Made by a program: the position numbers and the translations under genes
Notes under the pieces: model-generated
The model's database searches: none
Told to the model about the DNA's origin: nothing
What the model saw: only the letters and a program-made list of their open reading frames with translations
Shown: positions 24,701 through 37,454 of the stretch, in pieces
Layout: each line of letters starts with the position of its first letter
Numbering within the stretch: the stretch's first letter is position 1
Origin: Cycas panzhihuaensis
Taxonomy: Eukaryota; Plantae; Cycadophyta
Direction: 5' to 3'
Length of the DNA: 64,000 nucleotides
NCBI GenBank assembly: GCA_023213395.1
Contig: CM041465.1
Location: 235,979,741 to 236,043,740, forward strand

Positions 24701-26650
24701 CCTAATATCTTTTATTTGTAGGTATATGTTTGGAATTCAATCTTTAGGAGCTCTTGGAAGAAAGATCAAAGGATTTTACTAGATTTTGTGAAGATTATAA
24801 GCAAGTGGAATGCCTTTTTCAAGCTTAATTGTGTCTCTTCCATTTTCAACAAGTATTTGGAGGCTAAAGCTAAAGCCATCTTCTTTTCCTTTTCTATTTT
24901 TATCCTCTTTATTTTCTTCTATTTCATCACTCTTCTTCCCCTTCTTCTCAAGGTTTCTCTCTTTCATTCCATTCCCACCCCTCCTTTTGTTTCTATCAAC
25001 TAGATTAATAGACCAATTTGAAAGCACTCATTAGGTTAAGGACATTGATTTGAGGTATGCTTTTCATTCCATCTATAAGGTTTCTTTAGTAAGTTTATTT
25101 GTTTTCTATCTCTTTTATCTTTTTTCTTTATATTTTTGAAGAAAAATAGTGAGAAAAGGAAGGTGTCTAATGATCTTTCTTTTAATTCCTTCTTATTTAA
25201 CTATCATAGAGTCTTTCATTAATCTTTAGTAATTTGGACAGTTCTTTTTCTTTTTCAAGTAGATTAATATTCAAGCAAATTACTTCCTTAGATAATTTTT
25301 CTTTGTTTTTTCCTCCTTCATCACAAAAGGCTTTGAGAAGTAATTTTTATTGAGATTTAATTTTGTATGTTGAGAGTTGTATTTGGGTGAAAACACTTCT
25401 TTTGGCTTCTATTAGAACTTTGAACTAGTTAGCTTATTTAAGGAAAATCACAACAAGATTTTACTAAGTAAGTACCCCAACCATTTTCTTTCACTTTCAC
25501 AACAAATGTTTTAAGTCTCTTTATATGAAAGAAAAGAAAGTAATTTTGGACTGGGGTAATTATAAGAATAATAAAAGGACCCCTTTCTATTTTTGTAGGT
25601 GTTATCTTATTAAAAGAAAAGAATAATAAATAGATTATATCAAAACCAAGTGTCTATTTTCTTTGAGAAAGAAACAAAACCTGAAAAGATCTTACCTTAT
25701 ATCACTTTACTTTCGAAAGGATAAAAGGGAATTTGAATTGTAAGAAACATCTAGGTTGTATTCATAATAAAAAGAGTATTTTAAACCATAAGTGCAACTT
25801 CATCACTCAAAGAAAAGGAAAAGAAGGACATATAGGTTTTATTTATATTAGGCACTTAGGTTCCATTTAAGTAAAAACAATAAAAGAGTATTTAGGACTA
25901 TTTTATATTATTGCATCTATTTCATTCAAAGAAAATTATTTAAGTTATATTTGCATTATTTATATCATAAAAACAAAAGAGAATTCATAGTTATATGAAC
26001 TTAGCTTGCATTAGCCTCATATTACTTTGTTTTGTATTTTGGTTACTTATTCACACAATACAAAAATGCATATAGATTTGTATTAATGGCTACTTACTTG
26101 TTAGTCCCTAGAGTGTAGGCCCACTTCTATTTGGTAGGACCTTATTGATTGACCGAGTAGTGATACCCCCAACATATCAACCTTATCCTTCCCTTAGAAG
26201 TAAATATGTACCATTATGAAGGAGTCCTTAATTGGATTGGCCTTCATCTCCTTGATATATTAGATTATCCCTCCTTTAGGAGTTATTTTATTTTTAGTTG
26301 TGTTTTGAATCCTAAATGTAGCTATCTACTATGACATTTTGAGTTGAGAGTAACTTCCTCATTCTCTTTTACCTTTAAGTGTAAGAATCCAATAGAGTCA
26401 GATGTGGGCACCCCTAGGCCATCCATCCTTATGGGTGGATCATCATATGAGTGAGTCCCTAATGGATAAGCCTTAATAGCATCATTAATCCAAGGTCTAA
26501 TCTCTACTAAATCCTTGTACTCATTAGTTCTCTTGATCTTTAACATAGCTTGATGTAGTTTTCTCCTTAAGGGTGGGCTAGAGGTCTAGGTTAGGAGTTC
26601 CTCTTTGACTTGAAATTTAGAAAGAGTAAAAGAGTAGAAATCCATAATAT
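21763..26650 (+). repeat. Degenerate long LTR-like region of a + strand Tat-like element, interrupted by the 22529-24628 insertion
   Basis: PPT-like AAGGGGGAAAA (21752-21762) followed by TG. Non-coding, with splice-like sites as in the other long LTRs. The end is poorly defined. Confidence 0.35.
22529..24628 (+). mobile_element. Old 2.1-kb non-autonomous LTR retroelement
   Basis: Diverged direct repeats at 22529-22804 and 24364-24628 starting TGTGGTGA; degenerate tRNA-Met PBS TGGTAATATAGC (22807-22818); PPT AAGGGGAGAGAG before the 3' LTR; TSD ATTTT on both sides. Confidence 0.85.
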
Positions 26651-27200
26651 ATTGATTATAGAAAACTTTACTTCAACATGCCCCTTGCTAGACAAAGGAC
26701 TAATTGCTCTTCTCATTAAAAAAAGGGGGATTTTAATTTTGGTTTGTTAATTATATTTCATCTCCTTTGATTTTGAATATTTTTATTTTTCTCTCTTCTT
26801 TATTTTTGATATGAATTTAAAAAAATAAATAAATCAAATAAAACATTATTAAAATACATATCAAATCTCAAAATTGAATAAGCACCTTGTACCTTGAAAA
26901 TTCATATTATAAACCTAGAGAAATCACCCCTATTTCTTCAAATAGGGTCGAAAGTCCATGTTGAACCTAATTACTTTAAAACTCTTATTCTTGAGTCAAC
27001 TTGGTCAATTAGGCCCTCCAACCTAGAATAGGGCTCCACTTTATAATAATTGCCTAGTGATCCTTAACTAACAAAGATCCATCTTATCCTAAAGACCATC
27101 CCTATCTTCCCTATTTAATATGAATTTAGAAGGGCCTTTCCCTAACCCATTGGTAAGTGGAACTCTTTCTTAATTATTGAGAAACTCCACATAGTCTCTA

Positions 27201-30200
27201 TGTTAAAACATGGATATAAAATATTTTATATTTATTATTATTGAAAGGAGATGAGTACATATTTATACTTGGGTTCTACCCATAAATCCTCCAACCATAA
27301 TTGAAAACTAATTTACCTATTAATTAAGTGTTACATAAAGATGTGCATAAGCACTCTTGATGACTTAACACAACATTTCTATTAATAATAACATTAATAT
27401 TGATCTATAGACCATGATATAATACCCCTTTAGGACTACAATATTACTAGCCCTTAGATATAATACTCTCCTAGATATATTAAACATTAACTCTTAATAC
27501 CCTCCCTTATGGTTTAATGTTAAGACAACAAAAAACTAAATACTAAAGACTAGCATAACATCATGATACTAAGTACTAAGGACTGATAAAAAAATTGACA
27601 CATGACTTGATATGAGACATTGTTTTAAATTTTTGATACTCTAATCTTAGTATCTTTTCGAAGATAATGTCGGGAGCTCTATCTTCATCTTTAGTTAATT
27701 CTGAAATATAGCAATTATTCCTAATATGCTCTTTATTCTTGTGTAGTATCTTTGTTGAATCAACTATTTCATCATCTCCTATTCTTTAAATTTTGAGTTG
27801 CCTTGAGTTAGTGGCTGCAACTATATCTAAGAGACCATATTCTAGGTGTGATCCTTTTTTATGATCATTATTTCTAAAATAAAAAATGATAAGACATGAT
27901 TTAAACTTTAACATTTCCTTGAAGAAGAATACTATGATCGACTTCTTTAGATATACTAAATAAAAAATAAACCAATAAAAGATCTCTTGAAGAATAAGGA
28001 TGAGTGATAATTTATTTTCTCTTATCATGAGTACTGGTACGAGTCCTAGTTCAATAAAATTTTTGGTTAACCATTATGTCTTCTTCTCACCATCTAAGAA
28101 AACTATTGATACTATGAACACAAAGAGGATTTTCATCATAGTCATAAGTAGAAGCTTTCTAATAATAGTTATGGTTACATAAAGATAATATACCACCATA
28201 ACATGATTAAACTTCATGATTAAACAACTTGTTAAAATCATACAACAATTTGTATAAACATATTTTATTTCAAGATATTAACTAAGTTATATTCTAATTA
28301 ATGCCAAAGTATCCTTCCTTTCCTTGAAGGAATTTTTCTAGTACCTTTGCTAGATATACTAAAATAATTTAAACTTATTTAATAATAAAAAAGAAAATGC
28401 TATTATATCTAATGAAACTATAAAGAATTCTATCTGTAGACATACAATGGTATGACTTGATATCAGTTGAAATTTAGAAATAATTCTGTTAATAGAAATT
28501 ATGGTAAAAATACATAAATTTTTCATTAAAGTAATTGCATCTCCATATTATATCACTTGTGGAAAAGGTTATCTTAAACCAACCTCAAATTTTCTATGCT
28601 TATAGGTTATTTCAAGATTAAGCTCTATCTCTAGTTTTTTATTTCCTTCTTCTTTCTCAGATTTTGAAGAATGATCTACAATTAGTAGACTCATTTATCA
28701 CGTTAATAGAATCATTGATAAACTTATCTTGAATTACTTCACGATAATAACAATTATATTTACTTATTCTAACAAGGGTCCTATTCTTAGAAATAAGTGC
28801 ACATACCTTTTCTTCTTTGTTATGATTAAGAGCATTAGATGAATCCATATGAGATTCACTCTTACTAGAATTGACCTAATTTCAAGCATTCACCTTTTTT
28901 GCTTTCCTCTTAAACTTCTCTTTTTGATTATTGGTTAGGTTGCCATACATAATCTATTCTCTAAGAGGGACTTTCCCTTATGCATCTTCTATAAGTTGTT
29001 CAACATCAGTAGCATTTCTTGCATTCTTTTTACTTGTATCACAAAAACTATTTGCCTTTTTAACAAACTCTTATACTTCTTTAGAGGTCTTTTCATACAC
29101 ATCCTTCAAAAGGTTCTAAGCTTCTTTAGAAGTATCAATATTATGAATTATAGGGATGAGAAAATGGTAGGAAGATAGAAGTTTATCTTTATCAAATATA
29201 GTAAAAATAACATCAATGATTATTCTATTTTTTTTTCTAAAATTTTCTTCCCCTTCTATATCAGTTGAAGCAACATCATATCTATTAGTGATGATTTTCC
29301 AAAACCCTTTATACACAAATATACTTTCCATTTTGATTTTCCAATATCGATAATTTATTCTTATGTACTTAGGTAAGGGAAAAGGAAAGTCTGTTAACCA
29401 ATACTTATTCCTTTTAAGTACAAAAATAATGATGTCATCCAACTCTATGAAGTAAGAATCAGTTAATTAAGAGCACATCATACTGGATTCATGCATCCAC
29501 TTCAAACTAAAATAACTCTATCAAATCATTGTGACCATCTTTAAAATATGGTTCTAATGGTTTATATGATTAATAAATTAGACTCCTACATGTGGAGATA
29601 TGAAGAAAAATATATAATTACCTCCTTGTGAAAAATAAATTGATGTTGTTGAGAAATTAGCCCCTTTAATAGATTAGCAATAGGTTATGTTAAAACTACA
29701 TAGAACTATGGACTTAACTATTAGGGGGATAATGGACTTCAAGTTATATTATAATATGATTGATTCCAACTTGAATTTATAAAAATTATTAAATCTCCCC
29801 TATTCACCTTGGCATCCATGGATTTCAAATGGATTCTAATCTAATTAAATTTAATTCATGACTTAAAAAAAACATTAACCAAAAATTACCTCTATGTATC
29901 ATTATAAATCTGACCTATAACCTTAGAGTGATAGTATAATGATGAAATGGATTAAGGGAATAATTTTCACTCACAAAGGCCTGAATTTGCATGCTAATAT
30001 CTTTAGGTAAGAGGACTCTCAATTTATATATGCGGTTTTAGAGGTAATAGGGTTTGTATCATGTGATGATAATCAATCAATGGAGTTATAGAGAGTTTAG
30101 GTAGCTATGCTTCATTTACCCCAAGTGATCTTCCTAAACATCTTCTTCCCCTTCATAGTTATTCCTTTCCAAGTGTCTTTGAATCGACATCACTAGAAAT

Positions 30201-31582
30201 TATTACCATTATTGGTGAAGAGCATTATCATCAAAGTTCCACCCATGCTCTTTCTGGTGGTACCATCAAAGTAATCTCCAATTTTTCCATTGAGATTCCT
30301 TCTCTCTCTCGTTAGTTTTCCTTGAAAATACATGACTATATGCCCTATGTCGATGCCTCTTATTCCTCTTCCATTAATGCATAAAATGTAGACCTTTTCC
30401 CACTATCTTTTTCTTATTATTACTATTATTATTCATAGAACTGGAATGGGGTATCCCAATAATTAATTATAAGATATAAATCTTCTACTCAATCATACCC
30501 AATTAGGGAATTACTTTCCAATATTAAAAATATTTTGTACCTTAGCTTATTACTATCAAAGTTGAGTGTTTCCTTATCTATAAAGGGTTGTCACTATCTT
30601 TGGGTATCTTTTTAATTATAACCTTATAGACAAATTTTGTGACTCAAATTCTATAAATTATATCTCTTTGTTAAGCTATGATTGGTATGTATGTGCATCA
30701 TTTCTCATCTCCACATTTTAGGGTAATTTTTTAAAGATGGCTACAATGGTATAAAATCTCTAATAACTATAAATATCATGTCACTACTACTACTTCATCT
30801 GTCTCTAGTTGTAAATACACTATGCCTTCTAGGTTGGCTTCACTATAACTTCCACAACATCTCTACAATAAATGACATCATGATAGCTCCTACTGTATCT
30901 ATAATAATAAACCCTAGTGATTAACTGGTTCATGATCTTAGCAGGATAGTGATATAAGATCTCCTTTCACCTGTAGTCTTCTACAAAGCTTATTCTATAG
31001 AGTTTCCTTCAATAACTAGAATCTCTCATTTATTTCCATAGCTACTCTCTTATGCGAAACTTTCACCAATAAAAAATTCTATCTTGCATTAATTATAGTC
31101 ATCATCTTGGAACAACTTGTAATAACAATGGATTTAGGGTTTTATCCTCTATAATTAGAATTACAATCTGGTAATCAGCTCTAGGGAGCCACCTCTATAT
31201 ACATTAATAAAATGGTGAACCCATAAAATAATGGGTTTGATAAGCAACCTACTCTGATACCATGTTAAAACATAGATATCAAATCTTATATATTCATCAT
31301 TATTAAAAGGGAATAAGTATATATTTACACTTAGTTCTACCTCTAACTCCTCCAATCATAATTAACGACCACTTACCTATCAATTAATCATTATACAACG
31401 ATGTGTATAAGCACTCTTAATAACTTAAAACAACATTTCTTTTAGACCTTTGAAAATAACAATAATACTAATCTATATACCATAACATAATACCCATTTA
31501 GGACTATAATATTATTAACCCTTATATATAATACTCTTTTAGACATATTAAACGTTTATATATTAAATATTAATTCTTAATA
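27201..31582 (-). mobile_element. Old Ty1/copia element, internally deleted (gag and integrase remnants, no RT seen)
   Basis: LTRs at 27201-27499 and 31263-31582; PBS TGGTATCAGAGT (31251-31262, minus); PPT (CCCTCCCTTA on + at 27500); gag NYRYWKIKMESIFVYKGFWKII. Removing the element plus 5 bp restores the reading frame of the host element. Confidence 0.85.
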
Positions 31583-31587
31583 TTATA

Positions 31588-34500
31588 TAGGTATGTCTAT
31601 AATGGATGTCCTATGAAGTTATCCTAAATAATGTAACCTACTTTGAAAAGTATTAGGGTATAAGAAAGTTCCTATTCATAGGGCATATATCAAACCTACA
31701 TGCTATTTAATCATCATCTTTAATCCTAAGGACCTTCCACCCCTTAAGGAGTGTGGTAGATAATAAATCTTTAGTTAATACTATACCTACCTAAATGCTC
31801 AATAAACTTAAGCATTAGGACCCTCAAATCTATTCTATAGAAGTGTTATAGGTACACTATAAATAAAAAATCCCCCATCAAAATAGTCACCATCCCCCTT
31901 ACCCTTAAGGATAAAACCATCCCTACTAAGATCATGGTTCTTGATATTGATATTGATTATAACCTCCTTTTGGGATGAACCTAGTTAGACCAAATGGAGG
32001 TAATCTACTCTTTCTTATGGGGCCAACTAAAGTTTATCTACAATGGAAAAGTGTACAATGTTACACATGAACCACCACTTATCTATTCATTCCATCCTAT
32101 TATTTAAAGCCATTTTTAATATTGAAGTTGTTAAGATGCTTGATAAATACCTTTCACTTGAGTTCATTTTCTTAGATTAAGGCCCTATTATAGTGAATAC
32201 CCTCCTTTCCCAAGACATAATATAGTTTATTTTAGCCTAAGTAATGCTAGTAGTTATGGATCCTTAAATGTCCTTAACAACCCTAAATCTAATTAAGAAG
32301 ACCTAGAGCCTCTTACATGGCAAGTAGTGATGATTTCCTAATCCTAAAGGGATTCATCTCCTTAAGATATTCCCCCTCCATTTGGTCCTTGTCAAATGGT
32401 CTCTTATCCATTTAACCTCCAACAAGACCCCTTGAAGAACCCCCATTATGTACCATTATCTTGTCTAGCCCATAAGGTATCCCCCTTTTTATGAGCTTGG
32501 CTTGCATGCCATAAATATCAACTCATCCATGCTCATCATCTTGACCTCTTCAAAGAGATTATAGACTATAACCTATAGCTCTACCCTCTTCTCAACTTGC
32601 CCTTTAATCAATCTACCATGTGGGGGTCACTTGGCTACTTACCTACCTAAGCAATATGCTCAAAACTTCTAATGGCTCTCTAAGTAAGAGTATTCCCCTT
32701 ACCATGAATGGAGATCTCCCTTCTCCCCTACTATAAACCATTAATATGGTTTTCCATATTTGAGAATATCATAATCCAATTATCATGCAACTCCATTTAG
32801 TCCAAACCTCCCCAATCTATATCTTGGATACTGTGTTTAATTCTACCTTTTCATATGATAAATCCATTATATGGAATTCCCCTCCACCACCTTTATCTAA
32901 TGAACAATAGGGCTCCCTGCCTTTGACCAAAAGCCTAAAACTAACCAACTTTCTATTTCCTTTAACCAACCCCATTAGGAAGAGAGACACATATTCCATC
33001 GATGTTGAGGCTCTGAATCCTCCCTCAATTTCTTTAATTAGTAGGTTAACTACTCTTCTAACCCTCCTATCCAAAATTAAAAGCCCACCATTCAAGGTAA
33101 GGAAATCAATGGTATTAATTACTTTGAGAATGATAATGCACTATTAGAACATCTTATGAGGGAATCCCTCAACCTCCCTTTAAATCACCATTAATTAGGA
33201 TTTTAGAAATGCATCACTATTGGTTCTCCTTTGGCCAAGCCCACTCTAGCTCCAACTCCCTCAACCCCACCTGTTTACCAAGCCCCTCCTCACTTTAACG
33301 AAGGAACATCCTGCTTATAGTAGGAATCATTAACATCACCATAGCTCTTAGCAAAATCATAAAAGTTGGAGTAGAGTGCTCCTCTAAAAAATAAGCCTAA
33401 TACACAAAGCTCTTTCAAGATTTACAATATGTGTTTCCATGGGATTATGATGATATGAAGGATATAAGCCTTGAGATCATCACCCATGATCTCACCACTA
33501 TCCTTAGAGAAATCCTTATAAGGTAGAAGAAATTCCCAATCCACCCCAAACTCTCAGATACTATTAAAATAGAGGTCAAAAAGCTTTGTAATATGGGCCT
33601 TATCACTTTAATTAACTACCCTTTTTGGGTCTTAAATATTTTACTAGTTATGAAGAAAAATGGGGCAATTCAAATCTTTATTGACTTCAAGGACATCAAT
33701 AATAGTTACTCTAAGGACAACTTCTTTCTCCTATTCATTAATCATATCATTAACAAAACAATGGTTTTTAAATTCATGGCCCTCATGGATGGTTTCTCAA
33801 GATATAATCAAATTTATATCTAGGCTAAAGATTTCCATAAAATAATCTTCACCACTCCTTTGGGTATATTTATGTACATAGCATTACCTTTCAGTCTTAG
33901 AAATGTTAGCATAATGTAGTGGCAAGCCATATACTTTATTTTCCATGATCTCATTAATAAGATTCTTAAGGTGTTCATGGATGATTTAGTTGGCCTATCA
34001 CAAAAGAGGAGAGACCACCCTATTGATTTTAAGAAGATTTCCTAAGATATAGAAACTTTAATATTAGCTTAAGTCCACATAAATGTGTATTTAGTATTAT
34101 AATAGGAAAGGCTTTAGGCTTTCTTGTCTCTAAAATAGGCATTTAAGTTGGCTTGATAAAGTAAGTATGATCTTATAGATGCCAATGACTCACATATTAA
34201 AATATATTAAATCCTTCCTTAAGCATCTTGGTTTCTTATAATATTTCTTGGCAAACTTTTCCATGAATGCTAAACCCATGATAAATCTCCTTAAGAAGGA
34301 TAGCACCTTTGTTTAGACCCCAACAACCTAGGCTACACTTGAAGAGCTTAGTGGCCTTATTTCTAGCCTTAACTTAGCTCCCCCATTATTTGATCAACTA
34401 TTCATTATATATACAACATCCATAAGTGAGTCAATCAAGGTTATATTAGCCCAAGAAGATGATCTTAAAGTTGAGCATGTAGTCTATTTCATTAGTCACA

Positions 34501-36070
34501 CCCTTGCAGTTGTCTAGCTTAATTACACCTCTATTGAAAAAGAATGTATTATCCTCATGTTTTCCACCAAATAATTGAGGAACTTCCTGCTTGACAACAT
34601 GACTCATTTATTATCTAATTTAATCCCCTACATTACTTGATGATAATATTGGATCTTATAAGGTAAATGGGGAAGTGGGTTGTTCTCTAACAAGAGTATG
34701 ACCTATGAATTATTAATAGAAAATCTAAGAAAGAGATTATTGTGGTGGAGTAACTCTCTTATATACCCTTCCCAAACCCTATTAATGATTCACTACCTAA
34801 TGAAGCTATCTTGGCTCTAGGGTAGAGAAAGGAATGAAGGCTAATTAATCATGAGTGATATGGAAATATTATTAGCCATATAAACCATTGAGTATATTTA
34901 GAGAATGTTAGTGATAAGATTAAATAATGTGTAAGGGTCATGACCCACCAATACTTTCTTCTTCATGATGTTCTTTATAAACAATCATTTGAGGGAGTGC
35001 TCCTCAAATGTATTAATCCAAAAAAAAGGAACTAGACCCTCTATATTTTCCATGACATCATATATGGAGGGTGTATTCATGGATAATTCATAACCTAGAG
35101 AATCCTACATATGGGTTTCTTCTAATCCACTTTATTTAAAGACACCCATACTTATGTTTAGAAGTGTGGAAATAAGAACACTCTAATATTATGCATCAAC
35201 TTTTCAATGCTCTGCATATAATTGGGCTTGGATTTGATTGGGGCTACTATGCCCCCATCGTCTTTGCAACATAAGTTCATCTTGATTGTAATAAAGTGTT
35301 TCACAAAGTAGGTAAAAGTGATCCTTCTCTCATCAATTATGGGTAAAATGGTCATCACATTTAATTTTTAACATATCATTTGTCATTTTGAGATCCATGA
35401 TGTCTTGATCATATATAGTAGAACCCCATTTTGTATCAAATAAGTTGATGAGTTATGTAAAAAATTTCACATCAATAATAAGACCTTATCACCTTATTAC
35501 TCTTAACAAAATGGGCAAATTGAGGTGTTCAACAAAACTTTGCTTTTGATCCTAAAGAAAATGGTGTTTAAATCTCAATGAGATTAGCACCAATAATTGT
35601 ATCATGCCTTATGGGCTTATCACAAGTCTATACAAACTACCATAAGTATAATATCATTTTCTCTCATCTATAGGTTGAAAGCACTCCTTCCACTTGAAAT
35701 AGAGATTCTATTTTTTAGGGTGTCAATGAAATATTTCATTGATAAAGAGCGGTGTTACCAAGCATACCTCCTTGATTTAGAAACCTTAGATAAGGATTGC
35801 CTTGTTACGTATAAAAAGAAAATGGCTTCTAAGTATAACACTTAATGGGCCCATAAAAATCATCTACAACCCTAAAATTTTATTCCAGGAGATAAAATTC
35901 TTAAGCTTGAATACTTACATAATTATCTCCAAAAGTTTTCTTCTAAATGGATAGGCCCTTTTACTATTTTAAAGAATCTTTTAAATGATTCATATTGCAT
36001 TATCACACTAAAGGCTCTTGAATATGAGAAGTGTATTAGTGGATAGTTTCTTAGAAGTTTCTTTAGATAA
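31588..36070 (+). pseudogene. Highly decayed Tat/Ogre-like pol (PR, RT, RH, INT); its upstream part continues at ~26900-27200
   Basis: IMVLDIDIDYNLLLG; YPFWVLNILLVMKKNGAIQIFIDFKD; MDGFSRYNQI; VFMDD (~33971); LGLDLIG; HALWAYH...ALLPLEIEI; KWIGPF. Confidence 0.85.
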
Positions 36071-37454
36071 TAATATCCTTATCAAGGGCATTTTACTCTT
36101 AAATGGTCCTAAACTACTATGCTCCAAAATAAGCCTAAATCCAACATAAGCCTAAATTGCCAATATGCTACAAAATGAGCTTTAACTACCCTTCTCTCTA
36201 TTGAGAGCCAAACAATGAAATTTCTTTAAACCCATTGCCACAAATAAGATAAAAATATGGTGGCCTAACTATGGTAGGCAAAACCAAAAAATCTCCTCTA
36301 AGTTGATCATTAACCGAGATAAACTATGATGTTCAAAATGTTATAAATATTATATGCCTATCATGAGATATCTTTTCCCTTGTGCCTATCATAACACTCA
36401 ATTCTCTATCACAAGGTTATTCTCCCCACCCCTCCTATGCAACCTTGATGGGGGAAACTCACTTTGGTACAAGTCTAAATTACCATCATACTTTGAAATG
36501 ATCCAAAACTATATTCCCTCTTAAAATATCATAAACTATAATTTTCAAAGCTATGCCACTTTTCATGCTTATTATGGCATGCCAATCATTTAGGCCTACC
36601 ATGCCACCTATCACTCTATGACAAGCAAAGTCCCCTCCCTCCCCTTTGTTCAACCCCTATAAGGGTAGTACACTCACCCATGAGCATAAACTAAGTCTAA
36701 TACTCTATCATGAGTATAAACTATTATTTATAAATATCATTTCAATAGAAAAAATAAAAAACAAAATAAACAAACAAATAACAACAAAATAAAAGTCTAA
36801 AAAACTATATAAACCCCTCCCCTACCCTAAAAAAAGTATGTGTGTATATATTTTCAACTTTTCACAGCTCTAAAATAAAGGTTAAACTATTTTTTATGAT
36901 ACTTCAAGTTTAATTAAGTGTGATTCATGTTGTCTTGTACTAATGCCCCTTTTGTTTGAACATAAAATGCATGGCACCATGTTGTAATTGTGCTTTAGAT
37001 AGGTCAAAGATCATGTTGTAATTATCCTCCAACTAAATTAACTTATGAGTAGGTAGTACATTACTAAAACTAGTAAACATTGATGAAAATTTTAAAATAT
37101 TGGCTATGTTTACACATCCTAGACTAGGGTAGATTGATGCTCTAGATATTTTGATTAGATTATTTTTTAATCCAAAGTTTTTTTTTTTTTTTCTCTCATT
37201 TTTTTGAGCCACATGATTCTTCATAGTATGGCTCTATAAACCCTTATGGTACTATAAAGTTCCTTATGGTACCATAAAGGTATCCATGATATCCCCTATT
37301 TCTTTATGAGATAAAGAGGATTCTCTATGGTATAGAGTAGTTTAAGAAGATTTTCATATTTTTCGCTAAAATTCACCTTCTAAGAGCCTACTTGTGATCT
37401 GCTTGATATGTTTGAGATATGGCTAAGTTTACTTATATCATTTCGATTAGATTT

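Noticed and set aside
24779-25034. Hydrophobic or Lys-rich ORFs (also 49208-49608, 3588-3908, 54736-55182) as membrane or env-like proteins
   Set aside because: They are translations of T/C-rich low-complexity LTR sequence, open on several frames and strands, with no conserved motif.
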